DNA from: Deltaproteobacteria bacterium
Lineage (GTDB): Bacteria; Myxococcota_A; UBA9160; SMWR01
Assembly: GCA_031405455.1 (NCBI GenBank)
Contig: JANNIY010000168.1
Coordinates: forward strand, 16,009-80,008
Direction of reading: 5' to 3'
DNA: 64,000 nt
Shown: in pieces, positions 37,781 to 48,694 of the stretch
Position numbering within the stretch: the stretch's first letter is position 1
How the letters are laid out: every line of letters begins with the position of its first letter
The notes under the pieces: model-generated
What the model was told of the DNA's origin: nothing
The model's database searches: none
Seen by the model: only the letters and a program-made list of their open reading frames with translations
Translations under genes and position numbers: made by a program

Positions 37781-38851
37781 ATGCGATCGATGAGTTCCGA
37801 TCGCCCCCCCGACCTCGCGCGTTCGCTCTTCCAACTACTGCTGATCGGCGCGCTGATCGCCGGGTGCTTCTGGATCGTATGGCCGTTCGTCGCGGCGCTC
37901 GTCTGGGCCGCAACGATGGTCGTCGCAACCTGGCCGCTCCTGCTGCACGTGCAGGGGGCGCTCGGCGGTCGACGCGGGCTCGCGGTTTCCGTGATGACGC
38001 TCGCGCTGCTGCTGATCCTGATCCTGCCGCTCTACGCAGGGATCTCGACGATCGTCGAGAATCTCGGCCAGATCACGGCGCGCTCGAAGGAGTTCGTCGA
38101 GTTCGCGGGGTCACCTCCGCCCGCTTGGGTCGAATCGGTTCCCCTGGTCGGCAAGGACGTCGCCGCGAACTGGCGCGAGCTCGCCGCGGCCGGCCCGACC
38201 GCATTATCCGAACGCTTTGCTCCCTACCTCCGGGCGGTCACGAGCTGGCTGCTCACAGAGCTCGGCGGCGTCGGTGCGATCATGATCCAATTCCTGCTCG
38301 CCATCGGGATCGCGGCAATCCTGTTTGCGCACGGAGAAACGGCCGTCGCGGGATTGCGCCGCTTCGCGAGGCGCGTCGGCGGCGAACAGACCGAGAATGC
38401 GCTCACGCTCGCGGGACAGGCCGTGCGGGCCGTCGCGCTCGGGGTCGGCGTCACCGCGCTCGTCCAGTCGCTACTCGCCGGAATCGGGCTCGTGGTCGCG
38501 GGCATTCCCTACGCGGGCGCGCTCGCCGCGGTCGTCTTCGTGCTCTGCGTGGCGCAGCTCGGGCCCACCCTCGTTCTGCTGCCGGCGATCGTCTGGCTGT
38601 ATTGGCAGGGCCAGACCGCCTGGGCCACGGCGCTGCTGATTTGGGCGATTCCGGTCGCCACGCTCGACAACTTCCTGCGGCCGGCGTTGATCAAACGGGG
38701 CGCCGACCTGCCCCTCCTGTTGATTCTTCCTGGCGTCATCGGCGGGCTGCTCGCCTTCGGCGTGATCGGCCTGTTCATCGGCCCCGTGTTGCTCGCGGTC
38801 GGCTACACGCTCGTCAGCGCATGGGTGGAGGACGGCGAGGCCGCTCGCTGA
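37781..38851 (+). CDS. AI-2E family transporter (PerM/YdiK-like)
   Basis: Track ORF, 356 aa, starting 2 nt after the asnB stop. Eight hydrophobic segments, and the conserved C-terminal block LDNFLRPALI...LPLLLILPGVIGGLLAFGVIGLFIGP. Confidence 0.9.
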   Translation: MRSMSSDRPPDLARSLFQLLLIGALIAGCFWIVWPFVAALVWAATMVVATWPLLLHVQGALGGRRGLAVSVMTLALLLILILPLYAGISTIVENLGQITARSKEFVEFAGSPPPAWVESVPLVGKDVAANWRELAAAGPTALSERFAPYLRAVTSWLLTELGGVGAIMIQFLLAIGIAAILFAHGETAVAGLRRFARRVGGEQTENALTLAGQAVRAVALGVGVTALVQSLLAGIGLVVAGIPYAGALAAVVFVLCVAQLGPTLVLLPAIVWLYWQGQTAWATALLIWAIPVATLDNFLRPALIKRGADLPLLLILPGVIGGLLAFGVIGLFIGPVLLAVGYTLVSAWVEDGEAAR

Positions 38852-38868
38852 TCCGCTAGTCGCCAACT

Positions 38869-39888
38869 TCAGTCGGCAGCGCGCACGGCATCCAGGCGGC
38901 TGATGACGCGCTTCTCGTTCCAGTTCGAGCTGACGTGATTCTCGAAACACGCCGGGCGCGTCGCGTAGGCGTCGGTCTCGAGCCAGAGCCGCTTCAAATG
39001 GCGCACCTTGCCGGGACGGTCTCGATAGGCCCCCCGACCATGCATCACGTGATAGTTGTTGATGAACTGGATGTCCCCCGCTTCGAACGCCATCTCGACG
39101 TTGAAGCGACCGCTCTCGGCCGTGTCGTTGATCCAGGCGAGCGCCTCGCGCTGCAGACCGCTGAGGCGCGGCGCTTCGGCGTGGCGCTGCGAGGCCAGGA
39201 TGTAGGGGGGAATCAGGCGCATGAAGAGACGATCACCCCATTCCGTGAAGCCCGGCACGAAATAGAAGGGCTTGCCGCCCGGCTTCTGCTCGCCGCGAAA
39301 ATCATAGGGAAGCGGTTCGTAGAGCGCGGCGGCGAGATCCGGACGTTCGCGCACCAGCGTATTGTGCAGCGACACGGCATTCGCCACGCGGGAGACGCCG
39401 TCTTCAGCGCCGGGATCGAGGCACATCAGACCGACGAGATCGGAGCCGTCGCAATGGAATGGCAGGCCTACGCCGCCGATCTCGTTTCCGCGCGCCGTCG
39501 GATCATCGACCCCCTTGCCCTGATCGGTGACGTCGCCGAGCACGTGGCCTGCGGCGTTCTGCGCCCACGGGTTTCCGAGATGCGCGCCGATCCCCCAGTA
39601 GATGACGCACAGCTCGTCATTGTCGTAGCGCGCGCGATCGACACCGCGCAGCCGGACGACGCCTCGCCCGTCGACGAGCTCCTGCTTGATGCGCGCGATC
39701 CGGGCGCGGAGCTGCGGCAACGGGAAATCGGCCGCGCCAATTTCGAGCAGATCGTCGGATTTCTCCTGCGCGATGCGCAACGCCCCGTCGATTTCCTCGA
39801 GCTCCGGCTGCGTCAGGCTCTCGGTCCAGACGGAAGGGTCGCGCATGTCGTCTGCAGTCCATTCGCAGTGAGGCTCGAGAACACGCAT
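38869..39888 (-). CDS. TauD/TfdA-family Fe(II)/2-oxoglutarate dioxygenase
   Basis: Track ORF, 339 aa. LPFHCDGSD (HxD), NNYHVMHGR, and the RHLKRLWL tail. Confidence 0.85.
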   Translation of the reverse strand: MRVLEPHCEWTADDMRDPSVWTESLTQPELEEIDGALRIAQEKSDDLLEIGAADFPLPQLRARIARIKQELVDGRGVVRLRGVDRARYDNDELCVIYWGIGAHLGNPWAQNAAGHVLGDVTDQGKGVDDPTARGNEIGGVGLPFHCDGSDLVGLMCLDPGAEDGVSRVANAVSLHNTLVRERPDLAAALYEPLPYDFRGEQKPGGKPFYFVPGFTEWGDRLFMRLIPPYILASQRHAEAPRLSGLQREALAWINDTAESGRFNVEMAFEAGDIQFINNYHVMHGRGAYRDRPGKVRHLKRLWLETDAYATRPACFENHVSSNWNEKRVISRLDAVRAAD

Positions 39889-39896
39889 GGGCTCTC

Positions 39897-41630
39897 CTAT
39901 CTCGCGGAGTCGACGGATGGCGATCGCTGCGGGCCGCGCAGAAGCCGACCGGGCAGCGCCTCGGTCGCCTGGCCGTCGCGATAGGTGATCTGACCCGCCA
40001 GCATGGTGACGGCGTAACCGTCGGCGCGCTGGACGAGACGGCGCCCGCCGGCCGGAAGATCGTAGGCGACTTGCGGGGCGTGGAGCTGGAGCTTGTCGTA
40101 GTCGATCACGTTGAGATCCGCTCGCAGCCCGAGCTGGATCGCGCCGCGATCCTCGAGGCCGAGCGCCCTGGCGGTGTCGCGCGATTGCATCTGGATCATG
40201 TGCGCGAGATCGATCTTCGGCCCCCGCGTGCGGTCGCGCGTCATCAACGTGAGGTTCGACGTCGGGAAGGAGCCGTCGCAGATCATGCCGACGTGGGCGC
40301 CGCCATCGGACAGGCCGGGAATCGTGTGCTCGTGCAGCAGCATTTCGCGGGCCGGATCGAGCGAGCCTTCCGCGTAATTGAGAAACGGGAGATAGAGCAT
40401 GCCGCGCCCGCCCGTCGCCAGGAGATGATCGAGCGCGACCTCCTCGGGCGAGACGTTCCGGCGCGTGGCTTCAGCGGCGACGCTCTGATCCGGCGTCGGT
40501 TCGTAATCCGGCGTGACCTGCATGAGGATCAGGCGATCCCAGGCGTTCAGGTTGCGCGACCAGCCGGTGCTCTTCGCGTCTTCGAGCAACAGACGCGCAC
40601 GCACCCCGGGATCTCGCAAGCGCGCGACGCGCTCAGCGAGCGGCAGCTTCGCAATCGCCTGATAGCTCGGATGCATCGAGAACGGATTCAGTGTGAGCTC
40701 GAAACCGAACAACAGCCCGACCGGTCGCGCGCAGACTTGCGCCTTCATCGGAAGACCCGCAGCGTTCGCGCGCTCGAGCGCCGCGAGCTGGCCTCTCCAG
40801 GCATCTTTTGCGATCGGGGTCTGCAAGAGCGAGAAGGAGAGCGGGCGGCCGGATTTCTCGACGATGCGCCGGAGCATCGCGAATTCGGCTTCGGGGTCGC
40901 TGAAATCGGAAACGACCTGGAGCACGCCGCGGTTGGCGGCCTTCAAGGCCATCGCGATGCCGGTGAGTTCGTCCTCGCCGGCGGTGAGCGTGGGCGTGGG
41001 TTGCCCATCCGAGGTTCGGTGATTGAGCGTGCGCGAAGTGGAAAAGCCGAGCGCGCCCGCTTCGACCGCGCGCTTCGCAATCACGGCCATCGCCTCGATA
41101 TCGGCTCGCGTGGCGGGTTCGCGATCGGCGCCGCGCTGCCCCATCACATAGACGCGCAGCGCGGCGTGCGGCAGTTGCGTTCCGATATCGACGTCGAAGC
41201 GGCGCTCCTGCAGCGCGTCGAGATAGTCCGGAAAGCTCTCCCAGTTCCATTTCAGCCCGGCGCTGAGCACCGGAAACGGAATGTCTTCGACGCCTTCCAT
41301 CAGCTTGATGAGACGTTCGTGATCGTCGACTTTGCAGGGCGCGAAGCCGACACCGCAATTCCCCATCACGACCGTCGTCACGCCATGCCAGGACGAGGGC
41401 TGCATGCGATCGTCCCAGGTCGCCTGGCCGTCATAATGCGTGTGGACGTCGACGAAGCCGGGCGTGACGAGCTTGCCGCGCGCGTCGATCTCGTCGGTTC
41501 CGCGTCCTGCGATCCGGCCGATCGCCGAGATCACGCCGTCCTTCACGGCGACGTCCGCTCGGGTGGGCTGGGCTCCGGTTCCATCGACGACCAGGCCATC
41601 GCGAATGACGCAATCGTGGGCGCGCTCCAT
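39897..41630 (-). CDS. N-acyl-D-amino-acid deacylase (D-aminoacylase) family amidohydrolase
   Basis: Track ORF, 577 aa. DGLVVDGTG...VTPGFVDVHTHYDG...GVTTVVMGNCG. GGAGGGAATCGCA precedes the ATG. Confidence 0.85.
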   Translation of the reverse strand: MERAHDCVIRDGLVVDGTGAQPTRADVAVKDGVISAIGRIAGRGTDEIDARGKLVTPGFVDVHTHYDGQATWDDRMQPSSWHGVTTVVMGNCGVGFAPCKVDDHERLIKLMEGVEDIPFPVLSAGLKWNWESFPDYLDALQERRFDVDIGTQLPHAALRVYVMGQRGADREPATRADIEAMAVIAKRAVEAGALGFSTSRTLNHRTSDGQPTPTLTAGEDELTGIAMALKAANRGVLQVVSDFSDPEAEFAMLRRIVEKSGRPLSFSLLQTPIAKDAWRGQLAALERANAAGLPMKAQVCARPVGLLFGFELTLNPFSMHPSYQAIAKLPLAERVARLRDPGVRARLLLEDAKSTGWSRNLNAWDRLILMQVTPDYEPTPDQSVAAEATRRNVSPEEVALDHLLATGGRGMLYLPFLNYAEGSLDPAREMLLHEHTIPGLSDGGAHVGMICDGSFPTSNLTLMTRDRTRGPKIDLAHMIQMQSRDTARALGLEDRGAIQLGLRADLNVIDYDKLQLHAPQVAYDLPAGGRRLVQRADGYAVTMLAGQITYRDGQATEALPGRLLRGPQRSPSVDSAR

Positions 41631-41724
41631 TGCGATTCCCTCCGGCCGGCGATCGGGAGAGCCTGAATCCGTTGACGGGCGGCGTCAAGGGCGCCGCGGC
41701 ACGCGATTCCGCGCCTGCCTGCCC

Positions 41725-42423
41725 TCAGCCGTAGCCGAGATCCGGATACAACAGGTTCACGGCGACCCGGTGGATCGGTCCGAAGATCCTCGGCATCGCG
41801 ATCCAGGCGAGCAACAGGCCGACGAGCGAGAGCTTCGGCGTTCGCAGCAACGCCTGCACGCGCCGCGCGCCGGCGTCGCTGAAGAAGAGGCCCACGGCGT
41901 TCGCGCCGTCGAGAGGCGGAAACGGAATCAGGTTGAAGACGAGCAACAGCAGGTTCAGCGTAAACAGGACCGAGAGCAACAGCGCCACAGTCTCGGCGAG
42001 CCCGTCGGAATTCGCCGCCACCAGGTGGTCGAAACCGATCGCCTCCGGGGCGTAGAACACGCCCGCCGCGATGCCCGCACGAATCGCAATCGCCGCCACG
42101 AGCACCAACACCGCGTTCGCCGCGGGCCCTGCCGCCGACATGGCTGCGGCGCGGCGCGGGTACGTCTGCGCCCAGACCGGATCGTACGGTGTGCTCGCCC
42201 AGCCGAGCATCGTGTGCGAAAGCGCAAACGAAAGGATCGGGAAGACGATCATGCCGAACGGCTCGCGCTGGATGTGGGGACGCGGGTCGAGCGAAACCTG
42301 GCCACCGAGGTAGGCGGTGTCGTCACCGCCCCGGCGCGCAGCCCAGGCGTGCGCCGCCTCGTGAAAGGTGAGCGAGAAGACGAGCACCGCGTACCAGACG
42401 ACCGCCACCCCGAGCTGATCCAT
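41725..42423 (-). CDS. Site-2 protease (M50) family membrane metalloprotease
   Basis: ATG 42423 within track ORF 41725..42654. FHEAAHAWAARR (HExxH), NLIPFPPLDG (NxxPxxxLDG), and polytopic hydrophobic segments. Confidence 0.85.
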   Translation of the reverse strand: MDQLGVAVVWYAVLVFSLTFHEAAHAWAARRGGDDTAYLGGQVSLDPRPHIQREPFGMIVFPILSFALSHTMLGWASTPYDPVWAQTYPRRAAAMSAAGPAANAVLVLVAAIAIRAGIAAGVFYAPEAIGFDHLVAANSDGLAETVALLLSVLFTLNLLLLVFNLIPFPPLDGANAVGLFFSDAGARRVQALLRTPKLSLVGLLLAWIAMPRIFGPIHRVAVNLLYPDLGYG

Positions 42424-42457
42424 CGCACCCCTCAGCGTCCGCCGCGAGCACGCGACG

Positions 42458-43459
<1,002 letters not shown>

Positions 43460-43617
43460 CGCGCCTCCACAGCCCGTCTCGAGCCGATTGCACGCGATGA
43501 CGTCCCGCGGCACCAGCGGCTGGAGCAATCGATCGCCGTGAAAGGCGGCCGGAGAGGCGTGAAGAACGGCGGCACGCGTCGAAGTTCGTTCGGAAGGACG
43601 AGGCGCGTTCGCGCCAG

Positions 43618-44727
43618 CTAGCGCAGCGTGATCACGCTGCGGATCACCTCGCCCTGCTGCATCAGCTCGAAGGCTTCGTTGATGCGCTCGAGCGGGAGCA
43701 CGCGGTTCACCATCTCGTCGAGCTTGATGCGGCCCTCCAGATAGCGATCCACGAAGCGCGGGAGCTGCGTGCGGCCGCGGGTACCGCCGAAGGCCGAGCC
43801 ACGCCACGAGCGTCCGGTCACGAGCAGAAACGGGCGCGCGTGGATCTCCTCGCCGGCGCCGGCGACGCCGATGATGATCGCCTGGCCCCAGCCGCGCTGC
43901 GTGCAGGCGAGCGCCTGGCCCATCAAGTGGACGTTGCCGACGCACTCGAACGAGTAATCGACGCCGCCGTCGGTCTTGTCGACGATCGCCTGCGCGATGT
44001 CCTTCACCTCGCTCGGATTCATGAACTCGGTGGCGCCGAACTGGGCGGCCAGTTCGAACTTCTTCGGATTCAGGTCGATGCCGATGATGCGCTCGGCGCC
44101 CGCCATCACCGCTCCCTGGATCACCGAGAGCCCCACCCCGCCGAGCCCGAAGACCGCCACCGACGAGCCGGGTTCAACCTTCGCCGTGTGCAGCACGGCG
44201 CCGATCCCGGTGGTCACGGCGCAGCCGAGCAGGCAGACCTTGTCGAGCGGAGCATCCGGGCGGATTTTTGCGAGCGCAATCTCGGGCAACACCGTGCATT
44301 CGGCGAAGGTCGAGGTCCCCATGTAGTGGTGCAGCATTCGGCCCTTGTGGGAGAGCCGCGAGCTGCCATCGGGCATCAGCCCCTGGCCCTGCGTGGCACG
44401 CAGTTTGACGCACAGGTTCGTGCGCCCGGACAAGCAGTAGCGACACTCCCGGCATTCGGGGATGTAGAGCGGAATCACGTGATCGCCCGGCGCGAGGCCG
44501 CGCACGCCGGGGCCCACCTCCTCCACGACGCCCGCTCCCTCGTGGCCGAGCACCACCGGGAAGAGCCCTTCGGGATCGCGTCCCGAGAGCGTATACGCGT
44601 CCGTGTGGCACACGCCCGTTGCGGCGAGCCGCACGAGACATTCGCCCGCGCGCGGCCCCTCGAGATCGACCCTTTCGATCGCGAGCGGCTTGCCGGCTTC
44701 CCACGCGACCGCTGCCTTCACCTGCAT
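43618..44727 (-). CDS. frmA: S-(hydroxymethyl)glutathione dehydrogenase / class III alcohol dehydrogenase
   Basis: Track ORF, 369 aa. [41 protein letters not shown], and the GLGGVGLS Rossmann motif. Confidence 0.9.
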   Translation of the reverse strand: MQVKAAVAWEAGKPLAIERVDLEGPRAGECLVRLAATGVCHTDAYTLSGRDPEGLFPVVLGHEGAGVVEEVGPGVRGLAPGDHVIPLYIPECRECRYCLSGRTNLCVKLRATQGQGLMPDGSSRLSHKGRMLHHYMGTSTFAECTVLPEIALAKIRPDAPLDKVCLLGCAVTTGIGAVLHTAKVEPGSSVAVFGLGGVGLSVIQGAVMAGAERIIGIDLNPKKFELAAQFGATEFMNPSEVKDIAQAIVDKTDGGVDYSFECVGNVHLMGQALACTQRGWGQAIIIGVAGAGEEIHARPFLLVTGRSWRGSAFGGTRGRTQLPRFVDRYLEGRIKLDEMVNRVLPLERINEAFELMQQGEVIRSVITLR

Positions 44728-44767
44728 GCTGCCTCTCCCGTCCGGTTCCGTTTCGCGTCCTGCGGCC

Positions 44768-45244
44768 TCAAAGCCACCGGCGCACCGACTTCTGGTAGGC
44801 GATGTAGGCGTCCCCGAACTTGCGCGTGAGATACGCCTCTTCCTTCTCGATCACTTCGCGCCGCAGGATCCACAGCGTGGGAACCAACAACAGCACGATC
44901 CATGGGTTTGCAAGCGCGATGCCGATGCCCGCCTGGATCATCGCCATGCCGGTGTAGATCGGATTGCGCGCGTAGCGAAACGGGCCACCGACGATCAGCT
45001 CCGGCGTGGTTTTGCGCGGATCCGGATCCTGATGGGTGCGGCGCATCTCCGAGATCACCCAGGCGATCGCCGCCACGCCGCACGCCACGAGGGCGAGTCC
45101 GAGCGGGATGCGCCAACCGGTTTCCACGCTGAAGCCCACGGCAACGACGAGTTGGAGCAAGACGCCGAGCAGGATCGACCCGAGGAACAGCAGCGGCGGC
45201 AGCACGCGTACGTCGGCGTGGTCTTCGACCGAAGGGTCTTCCAT
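44768..45244 (-). CDS. Isoprenylcysteine carboxyl methyltransferase (ICMT/PEMT) family membrane methyltransferase
   Basis: ATG 45244 within track ORF 44768..45346, with GGAG upstream, 10 nt after the P450 stop. [15 protein letters not shown]...[17 protein letters not shown]. Confidence 0.8.
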   Translation of the reverse strand: MEDPSVEDHADVRVLPPLLFLGSILLGVLLQLVVAVGFSVETGWRIPLGLALVACGVAAIAWVISEMRRTHQDPDPRKTTPELIVGGPFRYARNPIYTGMAMIQAGIGIALANPWIVLLLVPTLWILRREVIEKEEAYLTRKFGDAYIAYQKSVRRWL

Positions 45245-45254
45245 GGCAGGCTCC

Positions 45255-46466
45255 TCAGCGCCGCTCGGGCGCTCGCGGTTGAAACACGACCGGCATGCTC
45301 TCCACGCCGGCGATGAAATTATTCGGCCGCAGCGCCAGCTTCGCATCCGACGCGAACTCGAGATCCGGCAGCCGCCGCAGCAGCTCTTCGAACATCACGC
45401 GCAGCTCGAGGCGCGCGAGGCTCGCGCCCAGACAGAAGTGCGTGCCATAGCCGCCGAAGGCAACGTGATCGTTGGGGCGGCGCTCCACGTCGAAGTCGTC
45501 GGGGTTCGTGAAGACGCGTTCGTCGCGGTTGGCGGACGGGTAGAGGAGCAGCAGCTTGTCGCCCTCGCGAATCTGCTGACCGCGCAGCGTGGTATCGCGG
45601 GTCGCCGTGCGATTCATGTTCTTGATCGGCGTTACCCAGCGCAGCATCTCCTCGACGGCAACCGGAATCTTCTTCGGGGCGCGCACGAGCCGCTCGCGTT
45701 GATCCGGATGGCGGATCAACGCCTCCATGCCCTCGGTGATCACGTGACGCGTCGTCTCGTCGCCTCCCACCAGGATCAGCAGGCTCTCGTGCACGAGCGC
45801 CTCGTCGTCCAGTTTCTGGGAGTCGATCTCGGCGTGCACGAGCACGCTCATCAGATCATCGTGCGGCGGCTTCGCCCGGCGATCGGCGATCACCTCGAGC
45901 GCGTACTGCACGTACTCGAGCCCGGCCCGCGCTGCGCGCGCCGCCAGCTCGGGCGGCGCGGTCGCGCTGGCCGCCGCCAGCATTTCCTCGGACCAGCGCA
46001 GCAGACGGTCGCGATCCCCGGGCGCCACGCCGAGCAGATCGCCGATCACGATCATCGGCAACGGAGCGGCGATCTCACGCACGAAATCGCAACTCCCCTT
46101 CTCGCAGACGGCGTCGATCAATTCCGTCACGATCCCACGGACCTTTGCTTCGTGATCCTCGACGCGACGCTTGCTGAAGCCGCTGTTGACGAGCGCCCGC
46201 CGGAGCTTGTGCTGGGGGTCGTCCATGTTGATCATCGACGGCAGCGGCGGCGAATCGGGTCGCGAACCCATGCCTGAGCAGAAAACGGCCGGCGCTTTCG
46301 AGACCCGCATCACGTCTTCGTGAAGCGCGACGCCCCACAGCCCGCTCGATTCGTCCCAGTAGACCGGCGCGTGCTCGCGCATCCAGCGAAAATGCTCGAG
46401 CGGCTCGCCGGTGTAGAAGAAGCCGTCGAGCAGGCGGATCGCGGGGTTCACGGGATGATCGGACAT
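45255..46466 (-). CDS. Cytochrome P450
   Basis: Track ORF, 403 aa. FGGYGTHFCLG (heme loop), EEMLR (ExxR), GGDETT (I-helix). Confidence 0.9.
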   Translation of the reverse strand: MSDHPVNPAIRLLDGFFYTGEPLEHFRWMREHAPVYWDESSGLWGVALHEDVMRVSKAPAVFCSGMGSRPDSPPLPSMINMDDPQHKLRRALVNSGFSKRRVEDHEAKVRGIVTELIDAVCEKGSCDFVREIAAPLPMIVIGDLLGVAPGDRDRLLRWSEEMLAAASATAPPELAARAARAGLEYVQYALEVIADRRAKPPHDDLMSVLVHAEIDSQKLDDEALVHESLLILVGGDETTRHVITEGMEALIRHPDQRERLVRAPKKIPVAVEEMLRWVTPIKNMNRTATRDTTLRGQQIREGDKLLLLYPSANRDERVFTNPDDFDVERRPNDHVAFGGYGTHFCLGASLARLELRVMFEELLRRLPDLEFASDAKLALRPNNFIAGVESMPVVFQPRAPERR

Positions 46467-46485
46467 GTCCGGCTCCGTAGGCTGT

Positions 46486-47703
46486 TCAACCGCTCGTGTG
46501 CTCGCGCAGCGCGCCGAGCGAATCGAGATCCATCACGGCCACGCTGCTGCGTTCGAGCCCGGCACGCACGATCGATTCGCGCTGCAGTGTCGCCGCCGCC
46601 GCCGTGACGACGGCCGAGATCCAGGCGTAGAGCGCATGCAACCGGTATTGCTCCCATGCCACGCTGAAGGGTACGCGCGGCACACCCGCCTCGGCCAGCG
46701 CTTCCAAGTATACGCGGATCAAGGCTTCGTCGTGTTCCCGCCGGGTCTCCACGCTCAGCGAATTGGCGAGGAAATAGCTGACGTCGCGCAGACCCTGCCC
46801 CCGCTGCACGACCTGCCAATCGAGGAAGCCGACTTCGGGACCGTCGAAGAACAGGTTGCCGACGTGCGCGTCGCCGTGGATCAACGTGAGCGGCGGACGC
46901 GCCCAGAGCGCTTCGAGCGCGAGGCGCTGCTCGCTCACGAAGCTCGCCTGCGCGCGCAGCTCGCTCGGTACGAGATCGCTGAAGCGCTCGAACGCAGGCC
47001 GCAGCGCCACTTCCGAAAGAAATCGGCCTGCGCGGAAGATGAAATCCTGCTGCGAACCCCGCAGCCAGGCGAGATCGCCGCGCAGGCGCGGACTCTCCCA
47101 GCAGGCGGCGTGAAGCTTCGCGAGGCCCTGCATCACGCCATGAGCCCGCGTGACGTCACTCGGGGTCGTGATGTCCGCGAAGCGGCAGCCGCTCGCCGCG
47201 AGATCCTCCAGCAGCAGCACGAAGCGCGTTCCGAAGCGCGTCGCCGCCGCGAAGTAGGCCCGCGGCGCTCGCACGGGCAGGCCCTGGCGCGCCGTCCGGT
47301 AAAAGGCGACTTCGCTGCGCCCGAGCCCGAGCAAACCGACGAAGAGCCGCGTGCGCACGTCGGGCGGTGCGAATTTCACGAACAGCGTGGGCGGCAGATC
47401 TGCGCGAGCGGCCGGCCCGTCGATCTCGAGCGCGAGCCGCGCCCGTGCGGTCGTGCCGGACTCGAGCCCCACGGCTTCGACGCGGCGCACGACGACGCCT
47501 TCCGCGCAGGGTTGCAGCACGCGCGTGAGCCAGGCGGGCGTCACGTCGGAGACGTGGCGCGGGAGCGCACCCGGGAGAACGCGACCCGCAGCCGATTCGA
47601 GCGCGTCGCAGCCGAGTTGCAAGGCCGCGCGCGCGGCGATTTCGAGGCCGGCGCCGGCCGCGCGCAGCGAAACTCCCCGGCGCCCGTGCGGCGCTCCCCT
47701 CAA
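46486..47703 (-). CDS. Phosphotransferase-family kinase (APH / CHK / ecdysteroid-kinase-like)
   Basis: Track ORF, 405 aa; TTG start, uncertain. VTPAWLTRVL, FVLLLEDL, LIHGDAHVGNLFF, FLDWQ. Confidence 0.8.
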   Translation of the reverse strand: MRGAPHGRRGVSLRAAGAGLEIAARAALQLGCDALESAAGRVLPGALPRHVSDVTPAWLTRVLQPCAEGVVVRRVEAVGLESGTTARARLALEIDGPAARADLPPTLFVKFAPPDVRTRLFVGLLGLGRSEVAFYRTARQGLPVRAPRAYFAAATRFGTRFVLLLEDLAASGCRFADITTPSDVTRAHGVMQGLAKLHAACWESPRLRGDLAWLRGSQQDFIFRAGRFLSEVALRPAFERFSDLVPSELRAQASFVSEQRLALEALWARPPLTLIHGDAHVGNLFFDGPEVGFLDWQVVQRGQGLRDVSYFLANSLSVETRREHDEALIRVYLEALAEAGVPRVPFSVAWEQYRLHALYAWISAVVTAAAATLQRESIVRAGLERSSVAVMDLDSLGALREHTSG

Positions 47704-47707
47704 GGCT

Positions 47708-47851
47708 TCATCGCCGCCCGGATTTCGTAGCCAGAATCGAGCTTGCGCGCAGGCGCGCGCCGCGCGAGCGCTGCCGCGATGGCAGGCGGTGTTCGGAGTC
47801 CCGCTGCCACGGCCGCGGAAGCTGGTGCTCGTAGCAGATTCCGAATTTCAT
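47708..47851 (-). pseudogene. N-terminal remnant of a second LLM-class (luciferase-like) oxidoreductase; now a 47-codon ORF
   Basis: Not in the track (<60 aa). ATG 47851 with GGAGTGAAGCC upstream encodes MKFGICYEHQLPRPWQRDSEHRL, matching the LLM N-terminus MKFG.FYEHQLPRPW...SE..L. It then degenerates (PSRQRSRGARLRASSILATKSGRR) and stops at TGA 47708-47710, 4 nt before the kinase TTG. Confidence 0.55.
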
Positions 47852-47923
47852 GGCTTCACTCCGAGCGGGAATGTCGGATTGGGAAATCCGCTAACGCGTC
47901 GCGCACGCCGCGATTCCCCGACG

Positions 47924-48694
47924 CTACAGCGTCGTCGTGATGCCCCCGTCCACGGGGATCACGGCGCCGGTCACGTAGGCGCCCGCGCGCGAGGCCAGGA
48001 ACAGGCTGACGCCGGCCATGTCCTCGGGCTCGCCGATGCGTTTGAGCGGGCAGCTCTCGACGATCAGCTTTCCGAAGTCGCGCAGGGTCTGTTCCATCAT
48101 CTTGCTCTCGAACGGGCCGGGCGCCACGGCGTTCACCGTGATCTGCTTCGACGCGAGCTTCTTCGCGAGCACGCGCGTCAAATGGTGGACCGCTGCCTTG
48201 CTGGCGGAGTAGGCGTACGTCTCGAGATCCGGCGCGTGCAACCCGTCGATCGAACCGATGTTGATCACGCGCGCCGGGTCCGCCGCGCTCGCAGCCTTCG
48301 CGAGTTGCGGCAGCAGCACCCGCGTGAGGTGGAAGACGGCCTTCACGTTGACCGCCAGCACCTTGTCCCAGGCGGCGTCCGGATACTCGGCGAGCGGCGC
48401 ACCCCAGTTTGCACCGGCGTTGTTGACGAGCACGTTCAGCGCCGGCTCGCGGGCCGCAATCGCCTGCGCCAGACGTTCGATCTCTGCAACGTTCGAGACG
48501 TCACCCGGCAGCGCGATACAGGTGCCGCGCTTCGAGAGCTCGGCCGCCGTCGCCTCGCAGGCGTCGGCCTTACGCGCCGAGATGTAGACCTTGGCGCCGC
48601 CTTCGACGAAGCCGCTCGCGATCATCCGTCCGATGCCGCGCGAGCCTCCCGTGACGAGCACCACCTTGCCAGCGACCGAAAACAGATCCTTCAC
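47924..48694 (-). CDS. Short-chain dehydrogenase/reductase (RhlG/FabG-like)
   Basis: GTG 48694 with AAGGAGAG 6 nt upstream, within track ORF 47924..49033. TGGSRGIG, NNAG, YSASKAAV (YxxxK). The start overlaps the MBL stop (GTGA). Confidence 0.9.
   Translation of the reverse strand: MKDLFSVAGKVVLVTGGSRGIGRMIASGFVEGGAKVYISARKADACEATAAELSKRGTCIALPGDVSNVAEIERLAQAIAAREPALNVLVNNAGANWGAPLAEYPDAAWDKVLAVNVKAVFHLTRVLLPQLAKAASAADPARVINIGSIDGLHAPDLETYAYSASKAAVHHLTRVLAKKLASKQITVNAVAPGPFESKMMEQTLRDFGKLIVESCPLKRIGEPEDMAGVSLFLASRAGAYVTGAVIPVDGGITTTL

Noticed and set aside
43460-43617. Sigma54 promoter or upstream activator sites in the 158-nt spacer before the PspF-like activator gene.
   Set aside because: Several TGG...GC pairs occur (for example TGGCGCGAACGCGC and TGGTGCCGCGGG), but none has the strict GG-N10-GC spacing.
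47875-47890. Small palindrome CGGATT-GGGA-AATCCG between the SDR stop and the LLM stump.
   Set aside because: The stem is only 6 bp and AT-containing, with no flanking signals. It could be an operator or chance, and I have no supporting evidence.
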